Assembly: GCA_964507855.1 (NCBI GenBank)
Contig: CAZDQS010000001.1
Location: forward strand, 166,121 to 230,120
Length of the DNA: 64,000 nucleotides
Reading direction: 5' to 3'
DNA from: an uncultured Candidatus Saccharibacteria bacterium
Lineage (GTDB): Bacteria; Patescibacteriota; Saccharimonadia; Saccharimonadales; CAZDQS01
Position numbers and translations under genes: made by a program. The notes beneath the pieces are model-generated. The model made no database searches, was not told where the DNA came from, and worked only from the letters and a program-made list of their open reading frames with translations. Shown here piece after piece: positions 43,762 through 51,186 of the stretch (positions within the stretch are counted from its first letter, which is position 1; every line of letters starts with the position of its first letter).

Positions 43762-45407
43762 TGCCTCTTGTTGGGAATGTTGACGACTTAAACCTAGGTG
43801 CTCAGGCGGTACAGCGGCTGTATGTCGGCAATAACGAAGTCTGGCCGGCGGTCCCAGCATTGGCGGCCGCCGGGTGGTCGCGGCCTGACATGACAGGCGC
43901 TCAGACGGTAGTTGTCTCTGGCACCGATACGTTTGTAGCTGGCAATGGCGGGCCGGTGATTGTCCAGGTTGATGGGGTGCTCGAAAAAGGCCTGTTCATC
44001 GAGGAGGCTACTGATGTTCTGGTTGTCGGCGGACACATTAAGATCGATTTGCCCTGGTGGGAACAGCCCGGATGGTTCAAAAGCAATGCTAAGGCAGTTA
44101 ATATCAAGAACTGCACAGGTACGGTGCACCTTGAGGGTTTGTACGCGGAGGGGGCTGAACTCGAAGATTTTATCTATATAAATTCACCAACCGCAGTCGT
44201 GAAGGTTGTAAACTGCCGCGCAAAGCGCACGCGCGGACAGAATGAGGATAGCGGCAACTACGGGCATGCCGATGTGCTTCAAGTTTACGGCTGTAAAGAG
44301 CTGTGGGTAGACGGTTTGTCAGGAACCACCGGTTACCAGGGGATGTTTATTCATGACGAGCTAGGCCAGGGCGGAGATTACGTCACCTTGCGCCGTGTGT
44401 TCCTGGAAGGTATTGCGACTGACCTTGATGAAGCTCGCTGGATGTTGGCCCTGAATGATACCTTTGACCTCGTAGAGCTTGAAGATGTGTATGTTAAGCC
44501 ATCAAACCACCCCTCGCACAATACGCTTGCAAAAGCAGTCCGCCCACAAGCTGAAGGTGGAGGGTTTGTCTATCCATCAAAAGGCATAGCGACAGTCGTT
44601 GATGGCCGCAATACCGTACACTGGCCAGGGACCATGACACCGGTCGTCTTGGGTCGGGTTAATGAAGGCGATCCACCGTTTGGCGATCCGGTACCGTACG
44701 CGCGCGTTGGCCGCCGGTACGAAGCAGCGCCTCTGCCAGAGCCCAGAACTTTCCCTGATTTGGAAGTGCTGACCGATCTTGCGGTGGCAACAGGTATTGA
44801 TCCAGGCACCGACCCGGCAGTCATCACTATGCCAACGGAAGGTCTGCAAGACGGGGATCTCGTGGTCGTTGCGGTTGCCGCCGGGGGTACGGCGACAATT
44901 GTTACGCCCGAAGGCTTTTCGCTCGTCGATGACGCTACTGTGGCCGCCTCTTCTAACAACCCCAACTTCAAGGTGTACACCTATATAGTTACGGATGCAG
45001 ATAGCATGGAGGCTACAGCAACATTTGACCTGGGCTCGGCGGTACGTAGCGGTGCAATCGCAGTGCCAGTTCGCGGCGCAGAGCCAACTGGCCCGATAGA
45101 TGTAGCATCCAGCGGTGTCTGGGAAACCGGTACAACCGGCACGATTTCTTCAGCAACCACAACAGTAGATAACTGTCTTTTGCTTGCATTCGCCGCTTGG
45201 TCAAGCGCTCCTGGATTGACCATTACACCGCCCGAGTCCATGACGGCCATCGGTTCTACGCTCCTGACCGGCTTTGCCATGCACGCAGCCTATGAACAGC
45301 TTGGTGCAGCGGGTGAAACCGGAACCCGAGACTTTACGTCGTCCCTCGGCGGCAAAGGAACTGCCGGCATGGTAGCTATCCGCAAGCGCGTGAGCGCTGT
45401 TGAGTAG
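43761..45407 (+). CDS. large hypothetical protein, beta-helix-like, probable fibre or surface protein
   Basis: Start overlaps the previous stop (TAATG). N-terminus ..VQRLYVGNNEVWP. Repetitive beta-strand-rich middle region. Confidence 0.45.
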   Translation: MPLVGNVDDLNLGAQAVQRLYVGNNEVWPAVPALAAAGWSRPDMTGAQTVVVSGTDTFVAGNGGPVIVQVDGVLEKGLFIEEATDVLVVGGHIKIDLPWWEQPGWFKSNAKAVNIKNCTGTVHLEGLYAEGAELEDFIYINSPTAVVKVVNCRAKRTRGQNEDSGNYGHADVLQVYGCKELWVDGLSGTTGYQGMFIHDELGQGGDYVTLRRVFLEGIATDLDEARWMLALNDTFDLVELEDVYVKPSNHPSHNTLAKAVRPQAEGGGFVYPSKGIATVVDGRNTVHWPGTMTPVVLGRVNEGDPPFGDPVPYARVGRRYEAAPLPEPRTFPDLEVLTDLAVATGIDPGTDPAVITMPTEGLQDGDLVVVAVAAGGTATIVTPEGFSLVDDATVAASSNNPNFKVYTYIVTDADSMEATATFDLGSAVRSGAIAVPVRGAEPTGPIDVASSGVWETGTTGTISSATTTVDNCLLLAFAAWSSAPGLTITPPESMTAIGSTLLTGFAMHAAYEQLGAAGETGTRDFTSSLGGKGTAGMVAIRKRVSAVE

Positions 45408-45608
45408 CAGCTCGCCGACGTTTAGTTGTGTCGAGGGCAGGAAATCACATTGGGCAGGACTCACCCGCACTCTGCGCCTACATTCTGCAGGCCCGACATT
45501 GACTTACTTGAAGCAAGTTTTCATCGGAAGGTTTCCTTGCGAACTGCCACTGGCAGTTCTCACCTTCGACCTCGCGAGTCGCAGAACCGAATCATCTCCA
45601 TGGCCAAG

Positions 45609-45639
45609 AAAAAAGCCCCATACAAGATGGGACTCTTTT
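45609..45639. terminator. weak bidirectional terminator-like hairpin
   Basis: AAAAAA-GCCCCAT-ACAAG-ATGGGAC-TCTTTT. Confidence 0.4.
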
Positions 45640-45751
45640 CTTGGTAGCGGGAGCAGGGCAAATCGCACATCTGCAGCCATGCTCGAAGCAAGCTTCTGTG
45701 CGTGGCTTTGATGACCGTACCTGCAACCTTCAAATTTGCAAAGCAAATTTG

Positions 45752-45786
45752 GGTCAGAGGTTCGAGACTCTTCCAGCGAAGTGAAA
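45752..45786 (+). pseudogene. degenerate inverted copy of the tRNA-fMet 3' half
   Basis: GGTCAGAGGTTCGAGACTCTTCCAGCGAAGTGAAA compares with the genuine (minus-strand) GGTCAGAGGTTCGAGTCCTCTCCCCGCTACCAAGTGAAA. Confidence 0.5.
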
Positions 45787-45788
45787 TC

Positions 45789-45812
45789 AAAAACCCTCTC
45801 TTTTGAGAGGGT
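45789..45812 (-). terminator. rho-independent terminator of tRNA-fMet
   Basis: Minus strand: ACCCTCTC-AAAA-GAGAGGGT followed by TTTTT. Confidence 0.6.
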
Positions 45813-45825
45813 CTTAGGTTTCACT

Positions 45826-45900
45826 TGGTAGCGGGGAGAGGACTCGAACCTCTGACCTCGTGGTTATGAGCCACGCGAGCTGCCGCTGCTCCACCCCGCG
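45826..45900 (-). tRNA. initiator tRNA-fMet (CAU)
   Basis: CGCGGGGTGGAGCAGCGGCAGCTCGCGTGGCTCATAACCACGAGGTCAGAGGTTCGAGTCCTCTCCCCGCTACCA. It has a 1:72 mismatch (C1/U72) and A11:U24, and the 5' end is identical to E. coli tRNA-fMet. Confidence 0.85.
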
Positions 45901-46082
45901 ATATTGTGGAGGCTAGTTGCTCCATTCCTGAAACGGAATATCAAAAGACTCACGACATAGTACCAAACAGAGGTATTTTTGTCAATGAGGCAGAAAGAGG
46001 ACAGTAACGAGTGCCCCGGAAATTTATTAGCATAAATGGTATGCTAGCGATATAGCCTGATGTAACCAAAAAGGAGTATTGC

Positions 46083-46868
46083 ATGAAACCACTGCAGGAG
46101 TTGCTAAGCCTCAAGGATAAAGTAGCTATTGTTACTGGTGGCGCAAAAGGTATCGGTTATGGCATAACATACCGCTTGGCGGAAGCGGGCGCAAAAGTGC
46201 TGATAGCCGATCTTGACGAGGCAGCTGCCCAAAAAACTGCCAAGGAGCTTTCTGAGAATGGTTGGACAGTGACGGCGATAAAGACTGATGTCTCCAGCGA
46301 GGATAACGTCAAGCGTATGATAGCAACTGCCCAAGAGCAGCTCGGTGGGCTGGATATTTTGGTTAATAACGCCGGAATTTTTCCGCAGACGCCGATAGCT
46401 CAGATGCAGCTTGATGAATTTGAGCGCGTCATACATATCAATCTCCGTAGCGTTTTTCTGACTACCAAGTATGCAGCGGAAGTGATGAAGCAGCACGGGG
46501 GCGGCAAGATTATTAATATTACTTCCATTGATGCGCTTCATCCCTCAATGGTTGGCCTGGCGCACTACGACGCCTCCAAGCACGGTGTCTGGGGCTTTAC
46601 TAAGAACGCCGCTTTGGAATTAGCCGAACATAAGATATGGGTCAATGCCGTCGCTCCGGGTGGTATCGCAACGCCAGGTGTAGCAGCACTGAACCAAGGG
46701 TCAGAGCAATCATCTGACGCGACAGCGGCGTTCCTGGCCCAAATTCCTATGCATCGCATGGGCGAGCCCGATGATATCGGCAAAGCAACACTGTTCTTGG
46801 CATCTGATATGGCCAGCTACATGACCGGCGAGCAGATTGTTGTGGATGGCGGTGCGCTGCTCAGCTAG
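46083..46868 (+). CDS. SDR-family oxidoreductase (FabG/glucose dehydrogenase-like)
   Basis: TGGAKGIG, NNAG, catalytic S...YDASK. Confidence 0.85.
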   Translation: MKPLQELLSLKDKVAIVTGGAKGIGYGITYRLAEAGAKVLIADLDEAAAQKTAKELSENGWTVTAIKTDVSSEDNVKRMIATAQEQLGGLDILVNNAGIFPQTPIAQMQLDEFERVIHINLRSVFLTTKYAAEVMKQHGGGKIINITSIDALHPSMVGLAHYDASKHGVWGFTKNAALELAEHKIWVNAVAPGGIATPGVAALNQGSEQSSDATAAFLAQIPMHRMGEPDDIGKATLFLASDMASYMTGEQIVVDGGALLS

Positions 46869-46939
46869 CCTGCCTGCATAGTGCGACAAAATTGCAATAA
46901 TGCGCTATACTTTTATGGCTAAGTTCGTACGAGTATTTT

Positions 46940-47770
46940 GTGTCAACTGCTGAACCAGAGCCAAATCCGTCTGATTATGATGTAGAGAACACTAAGCTAC
47001 GTCTTATGGTGCCCAATGATGGTATTGAAGGTCGTGTTGAAGAAGATGGGCACGACCAGCCTTATCTTGAGATTGTTGCGTCGGAATTAGGCGGTGTTGC
47101 AATTGAAGGTGCATCGATCGACGAGGATGAAACACCAGACCAAGATTCTTATGATGAGACGGTAGGAATCAAGAGGTGGGAAGGGGATCATATCCTTGAA
47201 CCACGAACTAACAGAGAACTGGTTACGCTGGCACGACACGGTGACAAAGAGGCGTTCTCTGAGCTTATCTCTCGAACGAACGGCAGGGCACATGCACTAG
47301 CGCGGCGAATGGTGTCTAATGAAGAAGATGTCAAAGAGGTAGTGCAGATTGCTTATCTGCGAGCATATAGGGGCATTAAGAAATTCCGAGAAGAATCAGA
47401 ATTCACAACATGGCTCCATCGTATCGTGGTAAACAGCGCTTCGTCATTTCTTGCTAAAAGTAAACGCCAGAAAGCCGAACCCCTAACGTATGAAGATGGA
47501 GAAGAGATAGAGGTTGCTGATACCGATCCAAGTCCGGAAGATAAAAGCCTTGCTGCCGAGCTGGGCGGTAAGCTAAAGGCGGCTTTTGATCAGCTGCCTC
47601 CTAGCCTGCGGGTTGTTGCCGTTCTGTTTTTGGTTTACGGGCTTGCACATAATGATATAGCTAAGAGGCTTGGTATTAGCGAAACTGCATCAAAAGTGCG
47701 GCTCCATCGAGCCCGCAAACAGTTAATGAGCAATTTATCTCAGGAAAAATCAGGAAGTCAAGATTATTAG
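46940..47770 (+). CDS. ECF-type sigma-70 family factor with an acidic N-terminal extension of about 90 aa
   Basis: Region 2 (AYLRAYRGIKKFREESEFTTWLHRIVVN) and region 4 HTH (GLAHNDIAKRLGISETASKVRLHRARKQL). GTG start is uncertain. Confidence 0.8.
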   Translation: MSTAEPEPNPSDYDVENTKLRLMVPNDGIEGRVEEDGHDQPYLEIVASELGGVAIEGASIDEDETPDQDSYDETVGIKRWEGDHILEPRTNRELVTLARHGDKEAFSELISRTNGRAHALARRMVSNEEDVKEVVQIAYLRAYRGIKKFREESEFTTWLHRIVVNSASSFLAKSKRQKAEPLTYEDGEEIEVADTDPSPEDKSLAAELGGKLKAAFDQLPPSLRVVAVLFLVYGLAHNDIAKRLGISETASKVRLHRARKQLMSNLSQEKSGSQDY

Positions 47771-47780
47771 CATAAACGTA

Positions 47781-47808
47781 TTGACAAAAAAGCAAAGTTG
47801 TGTATAAT
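47781..47808 (+). promoter_or_regulatory. near-consensus sigma-70 promoter (TTGACA-16-TATAAT)
   Basis: TTGACA at 47781-47786 and TATAAT at 47803-47808. The 12-bp palindrome TTGATGCATCAA at 47817-47828 lies just downstream. Confidence 0.55.
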
Positions 47809-47875
47809 GAGTATTGTTGATGCATCAAAACAAACATAAGTCAACTAACAAGCACACAAAATAAGGAACAAAGCA

Positions 47876-47968
47876 ATGTCACTCACGGCAAACGAAATCG
47901 CATACGAATTTCTGCCAACAGCCAACCAGGAAATTATGGCAATCGATACCATCCTCGGTGAACTGTAG
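47876..47968 (+). CDS. candidate 30-aa acidic peptide
   Basis: AAGGAA RBS; MSLTANEIAYEFLPTANQEIMAIDTILGEL. Confidence 0.3.
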   Translation: MSLTANEIAYEFLPTANQEIMAIDTILGEL

Positions 47969-48034
47969 CAAACAAGAACGACACGCCATCTTACGCATAC
48001 GTAAGTCAAAAAACAAAAAGGAGAAGTAAAAATA

Positions 48035-48127
48035 ATGTTGATCCAAGATATCGTCCCCCGCAAAGTCCAATCAAACCGCAAGCAAAAGCTGCGATACCGG
48101 GGTAGAACAATCCTCATCGTCGGCTGA
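48035..48127 (+). CDS. candidate 30-aa basic peptide
   Basis: AAGGAG RBS 11 nt upstream; MLIQDIVPRKVQSNRKQKLRYRGRTILIVG. Confidence 0.3.
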   Translation: MLIQDIVPRKVQSNRKQKLRYRGRTILIVG

Positions 48128-48158
48128 TAAGTAACCCTTATCGATACAGCGAAGCAGT

Positions 48159-48193
48159 AAAATAGAGCTCCAGGCAAATGGAGCTCTATTTAT
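48159..48193. terminator. strong bidirectional terminator
   Basis: AATAGAGCTCCA-GGCAAA-TGGAGCTCTATT, a 12-bp perfect stem flanked by A/T runs, between convergent units. Confidence 0.75.
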
Positions 48194-48207
48194 CATTATG
48201 GAGTAGC

Positions 48208-48648
48208 TTATTCTACGATGATAACACCTTCGTACACTGCGTTGTAGTGGTCGTGGAAGCCCCATTCACCTGGCTCTGAAATGGTGAAGTCACGGCTTTC
48301 GCCACTGGGGATTTCGCCGACGTTCAGCTCTGAGTTGTCGCGGTGTGTTGGGTGCGAGTCAGACGCGAAGTCCAAGATTGCCGAGGAGTCGTTAACAATG
48401 GTTATGGGGGTGCCGACTGCAACAGTTATGCGATCCGGGATAAAGCCGTCATCGGTGTAGGTTATAACTGCGTCAGCTTCTGCTTCTTCACCTCCGGGCG
48501 TTTCGGTAGTTTCGGTGCTTTCGTCTCCTGCATTTTGAGCAGGTGAGTTTGCGGTCTGGTTGGTAGAATCATCGCCGCCGCGTGTCAGCACAAATGCTGC
48601 ACCGCCCAGTGCGATGAGTACAACCAAGATTACTAAAACTTTCTTCAT
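48208..48648 (-). CDS. cupredoxin-like domain protein, membrane-anchored or secreted
   Basis: N-terminal hydrophobic anchor, low-complexity linker and a C-terminal beta-sandwich-like region of about 90 aa with His-rich SDSHPTH / FHDH. Confidence 0.55.
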   Translation of the reverse strand: MKKVLVILVVLIALGGAAFVLTRGGDDSTNQTANSPAQNAGDESTETTETPGGEEAEADAVITYTDDGFIPDRITVAVGTPITIVNDSSAILDFASDSHPTHRDNSELNVGEIPSGESRDFTISEPGEWGFHDHYNAVYEGVIIVE

Positions 48649-48674
48649 ACCAGACCCCCTATCGTTACAAAATA

Positions 48675-48751
48675 TGGTAGCAGGGGCGAGATTTGAACTC
48701 GCGACCCCAGGCTTATGAGTCCTGTGCTCTAACCAACTGAGCTACCCTGCC
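48675..48751 (-). tRNA. elongator tRNA-Met (CAU)
   Basis: GGCAGGGTAGCTCAGTTGGTTAGAGCACAGGACTCATAAGCCTGGGGTCGCGAGTTCAAATCTCGCCCCTGCTACCA. The D-arm and variable loop resemble E. coli metT. G1/U72 and A31/G39 are non-canonical. Confidence 0.8.
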
Positions 48752-48933
48752 ATATGGAACCTGGTTATAGAAACATCACGGGCATTGTAGCAGCGCCGCA
48801 AAGTCACAGGCCAATATATCATGTTTTTTATCTATTTGCCAGTGGTGAGAGGGCTTTTTGGCGAGGGGAATGTAGTATGTCCTTGCGGCGGGGCTTTTGT
48901 GTTTTGGGACAAATTCGGTAATCTAATAATGCA

Positions 48934-49662
48934 ATGCCAGACATAAAAAAACTATTCAAGAGAAAAGATACCTCTTCATTCAAGTGGATTGTCAAACAGG
49001 AACGGAAGCGCGCGCTCGGGATAACTCGAGGTGATGTAAACCGCCGGATGAAGAAAATTAACAAGGATTTCCGCGGGGCTTTCAAACTGCTGATGGAGCA
49101 TCCTGACACCATAACATTCTTTGGCTCGGCGCGGTTTGGCGAGCAGCACCCATATTATCAGAAAGCGCGCGAGCTTTCGGCTAAGATTGTCCGCGAAGTT
49201 GGGTCGACGATTGTTACCGGTGGCGGACAGGGTATTATGGAGGCGGCTAACCGCGGCGCGCACGATGCAAATGGCAAGTCGGTCGGGATGACCATCCAGC
49301 TACCACACGAACAGGTCACTAATGAATACGTCAACTATTCGACGGACTTTTATTACTTTTTTAGCCGCAAGGTTGCGTTGTCGTTTACTGCTCGGGCGTA
49401 CATATTTTTCCCCGGTGGCTTTGGAACGATGGACGAATTCTTCGAGATTCTGACGCTAAAGCAGACAGGCAAGATCGATCCCATTCCTATCATCTTGGTC
49501 GGTAACGATTACTGGGGTCCGCTGATGCAGTATATTGATTCCGTGTTGCTCGAGAAGTTTCAGGCTATCAATCCGGCAGACACTCGCCTCTACCACCTGA
49601 CTGATGACCTGGATGAGGTTATCCAGATAATTACCCGGCCGGTCGCAACGCCGACGAAATAG
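48934..49662 (+). CDS. LOG-family protein (TIGR00730 type)
   Basis: FGSARF, GGGQGIMEAANRGA, PGGFGTMDEFFE motifs. Confidence 0.85.
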   Translation: MPDIKKLFKRKDTSSFKWIVKQERKRALGITRGDVNRRMKKINKDFRGAFKLLMEHPDTITFFGSARFGEQHPYYQKARELSAKIVREVGSTIVTGGGQGIMEAANRGAHDANGKSVGMTIQLPHEQVTNEYVNYSTDFYYFFSRKVALSFTARAYIFFPGGFGTMDEFFEILTLKQTGKIDPIPIILVGNDYWGPLMQYIDSVLLEKFQAINPADTRLYHLTDDLDEVIQIITRPVATPTK

Positions 49663-49677
49663 AAACTATACCGCTCG

Positions 49678-50256
49678 TTACAAGTCCTGGGCGCTTCGGG
49701 TCTCGGCATACCATCGGCCGAAGTCATGCCAAACGGCGACTGTCCGTCGATCAGTTTGACGGGTTATTGTGCTATTCATCTCGGCAATCGTTTTGCCATC
49801 GTCCCCCTCCATGGTTGTGATGAGTTGGCTCGGAAGGCCATTCTTGCCTCGAGGCTCTGGAAGTAGCGTGCCACGGGCCTCTGTCGCAAAGATTTTCGTG
49901 ATGGTACCATCGGTAAAGACCAGGAGCTGTTTGAGGATGATAGTTTTGTCCTGGAGCGGGCGGGTGAGGTTGAGGAAATCGTCAACAGTAAACCAATGGT
50001 TGATTGATTTCATGTATGGGCCAGGGAAGCCGTTGAGACCGGGGATGTTCCACGAGTCATCGCTTACGAGGACCGGCCGCTTGACGATTTCGAAGGCTTT
50101 GAGGACTTTGTCGCGGGCGATGAGCTCAGGATCTTCGCCCTGGATTTCATCAATCTCAAAGGTCGCCTGCTCGAGCGCGATACCATGTGTTTTTAGCACG
50201 TTTTGGCCGGTTTCAAACTTGTGTGCGTTGCCGGTAGAGAAAACTAACCGTTTCAT
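49678..50256 (-). CDS. rdgB: non-canonical purine NTP pyrophosphatase (HAM1/RdgB family)
   Basis: FSTGNAHKF, EIDEIQ, SDDSW..PGLNGFPGPY. Confidence 0.8.
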   Translation of the reverse strand: MKRLVFSTGNAHKFETGQNVLKTHGIALEQATFEIDEIQGEDPELIARDKVLKAFEIVKRPVLVSDDSWNIPGLNGFPGPYMKSINHWFTVDDFLNLTRPLQDKTIILKQLLVFTDGTITKIFATEARGTLLPEPRGKNGLPSQLITTMEGDDGKTIAEMNSTITRQTDRRTVAVWHDFGRWYAETRSAQDL

Positions 50257-50274
50257 AGCGTAAGATTATAAAGT

Positions 50275-51150
50275 ATGAATCTTCATATTGGACCAGGAAA
50301 TTACGTGGTGGCGGTATCCGGCGGAGTCGACTCGGTGGTGCTGTTGGACGTGCTTGCGAAGAATCCGTCGCTGAACCTGACTGTTGCGCACTTTGATCAC
50401 GGCATCCGGCCGGATTCGGCCGAAGATCGGAAATTCGTGCAGCACCTGGCGGAGGATAAATATGGTCTCCCGTTTGTATTTGATGAAGGGCACCTCGGGG
50501 CGGGAGCGAGCGAAGCCGTCGCACGGGAAGCGCGGTACGCCTTTCTGCGGCGGGTCAAAGAAGCAAGCGGAGCCCGAGCCATCATAACCGCACATCACAA
50601 AGACGACGTGCTGGAGACCGCACTGATTAACATCGCGCGCGGTACGGGCAGGAAGGGATTATCTTCCCTAAAGAGCACGGATGAAGTCGTGCGGCCGCTG
50701 CTCGCGTATACAAAATCAGAGCTTGTGGCGTATGCCCAGGAGCAGGGCCTCGCCTGGCGAGAGGATCCCACCAATAAGCAGGATGCATATCTCAGGAATC
50801 GCATTCGGCACAAACTGCACGACGTTCCGCCGGAGCGGAAAGACTACCTGCATGCCATTATCAAGCGAAGCCGTGCCATCAACGAAGAGATCGATCAGAT
50901 TTTACAGCAGCATCTGACAGATGCCGGCCAGCTGGAGCGGCACTGGTTCATCATGCTGCCACATGCGGTGGCGCGTGAAGTGATGGCGCAGTGGATGCGG
51001 CAGGCGGGCGCTACATTTAACGCGGGTATGGTCGAGCGGTTGGTGGTCGCTGGTAAAACTATGCTTCCCAACCGGCGAGTAGACGTGGATAATACATACC
51101 AACTTGTGGTCGGAAGGGACGAGTTGGCACTCAAGCCACGTGACCGCTAG
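50275..51150 (+). CDS. tilS: tRNA(Ile)-lysidine synthetase
   Basis: PP-loop [13 protein letters not shown]; HFDHGIR; AHHKDD. Confidence 0.85.
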   Translation: MNLHIGPGNYVVAVSGGVDSVVLLDVLAKNPSLNLTVAHFDHGIRPDSAEDRKFVQHLAEDKYGLPFVFDEGHLGAGASEAVAREARYAFLRRVKEASGARAIITAHHKDDVLETALINIARGTGRKGLSSLKSTDEVVRPLLAYTKSELVAYAQEQGLAWREDPTNKQDAYLRNRIRHKLHDVPPERKDYLHAIIKRSRAINEEIDQILQQHLTDAGQLERHWFIMLPHAVAREVMAQWMRQAGATFNAGMVERLVVAGKTMLPNRRVDVDNTYQLVVGRDELALKPRDR

Positions 51151-51186
51151 CAATCAAGAAAATGAATCTGTATAATAGGAATTTGT

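Noticed and set aside
45640-45790. Possible second tRNA or tmRNA-like gene, suggested by ...CTCCCGCTACCA followed by a terminator and by a TTCGAG T-loop-like segment.
   Set aside because: No cloverleaf or matching 5' acceptor strand could be built on either strand. The pieces are better explained as fragments of the adjacent tRNA-fMet.
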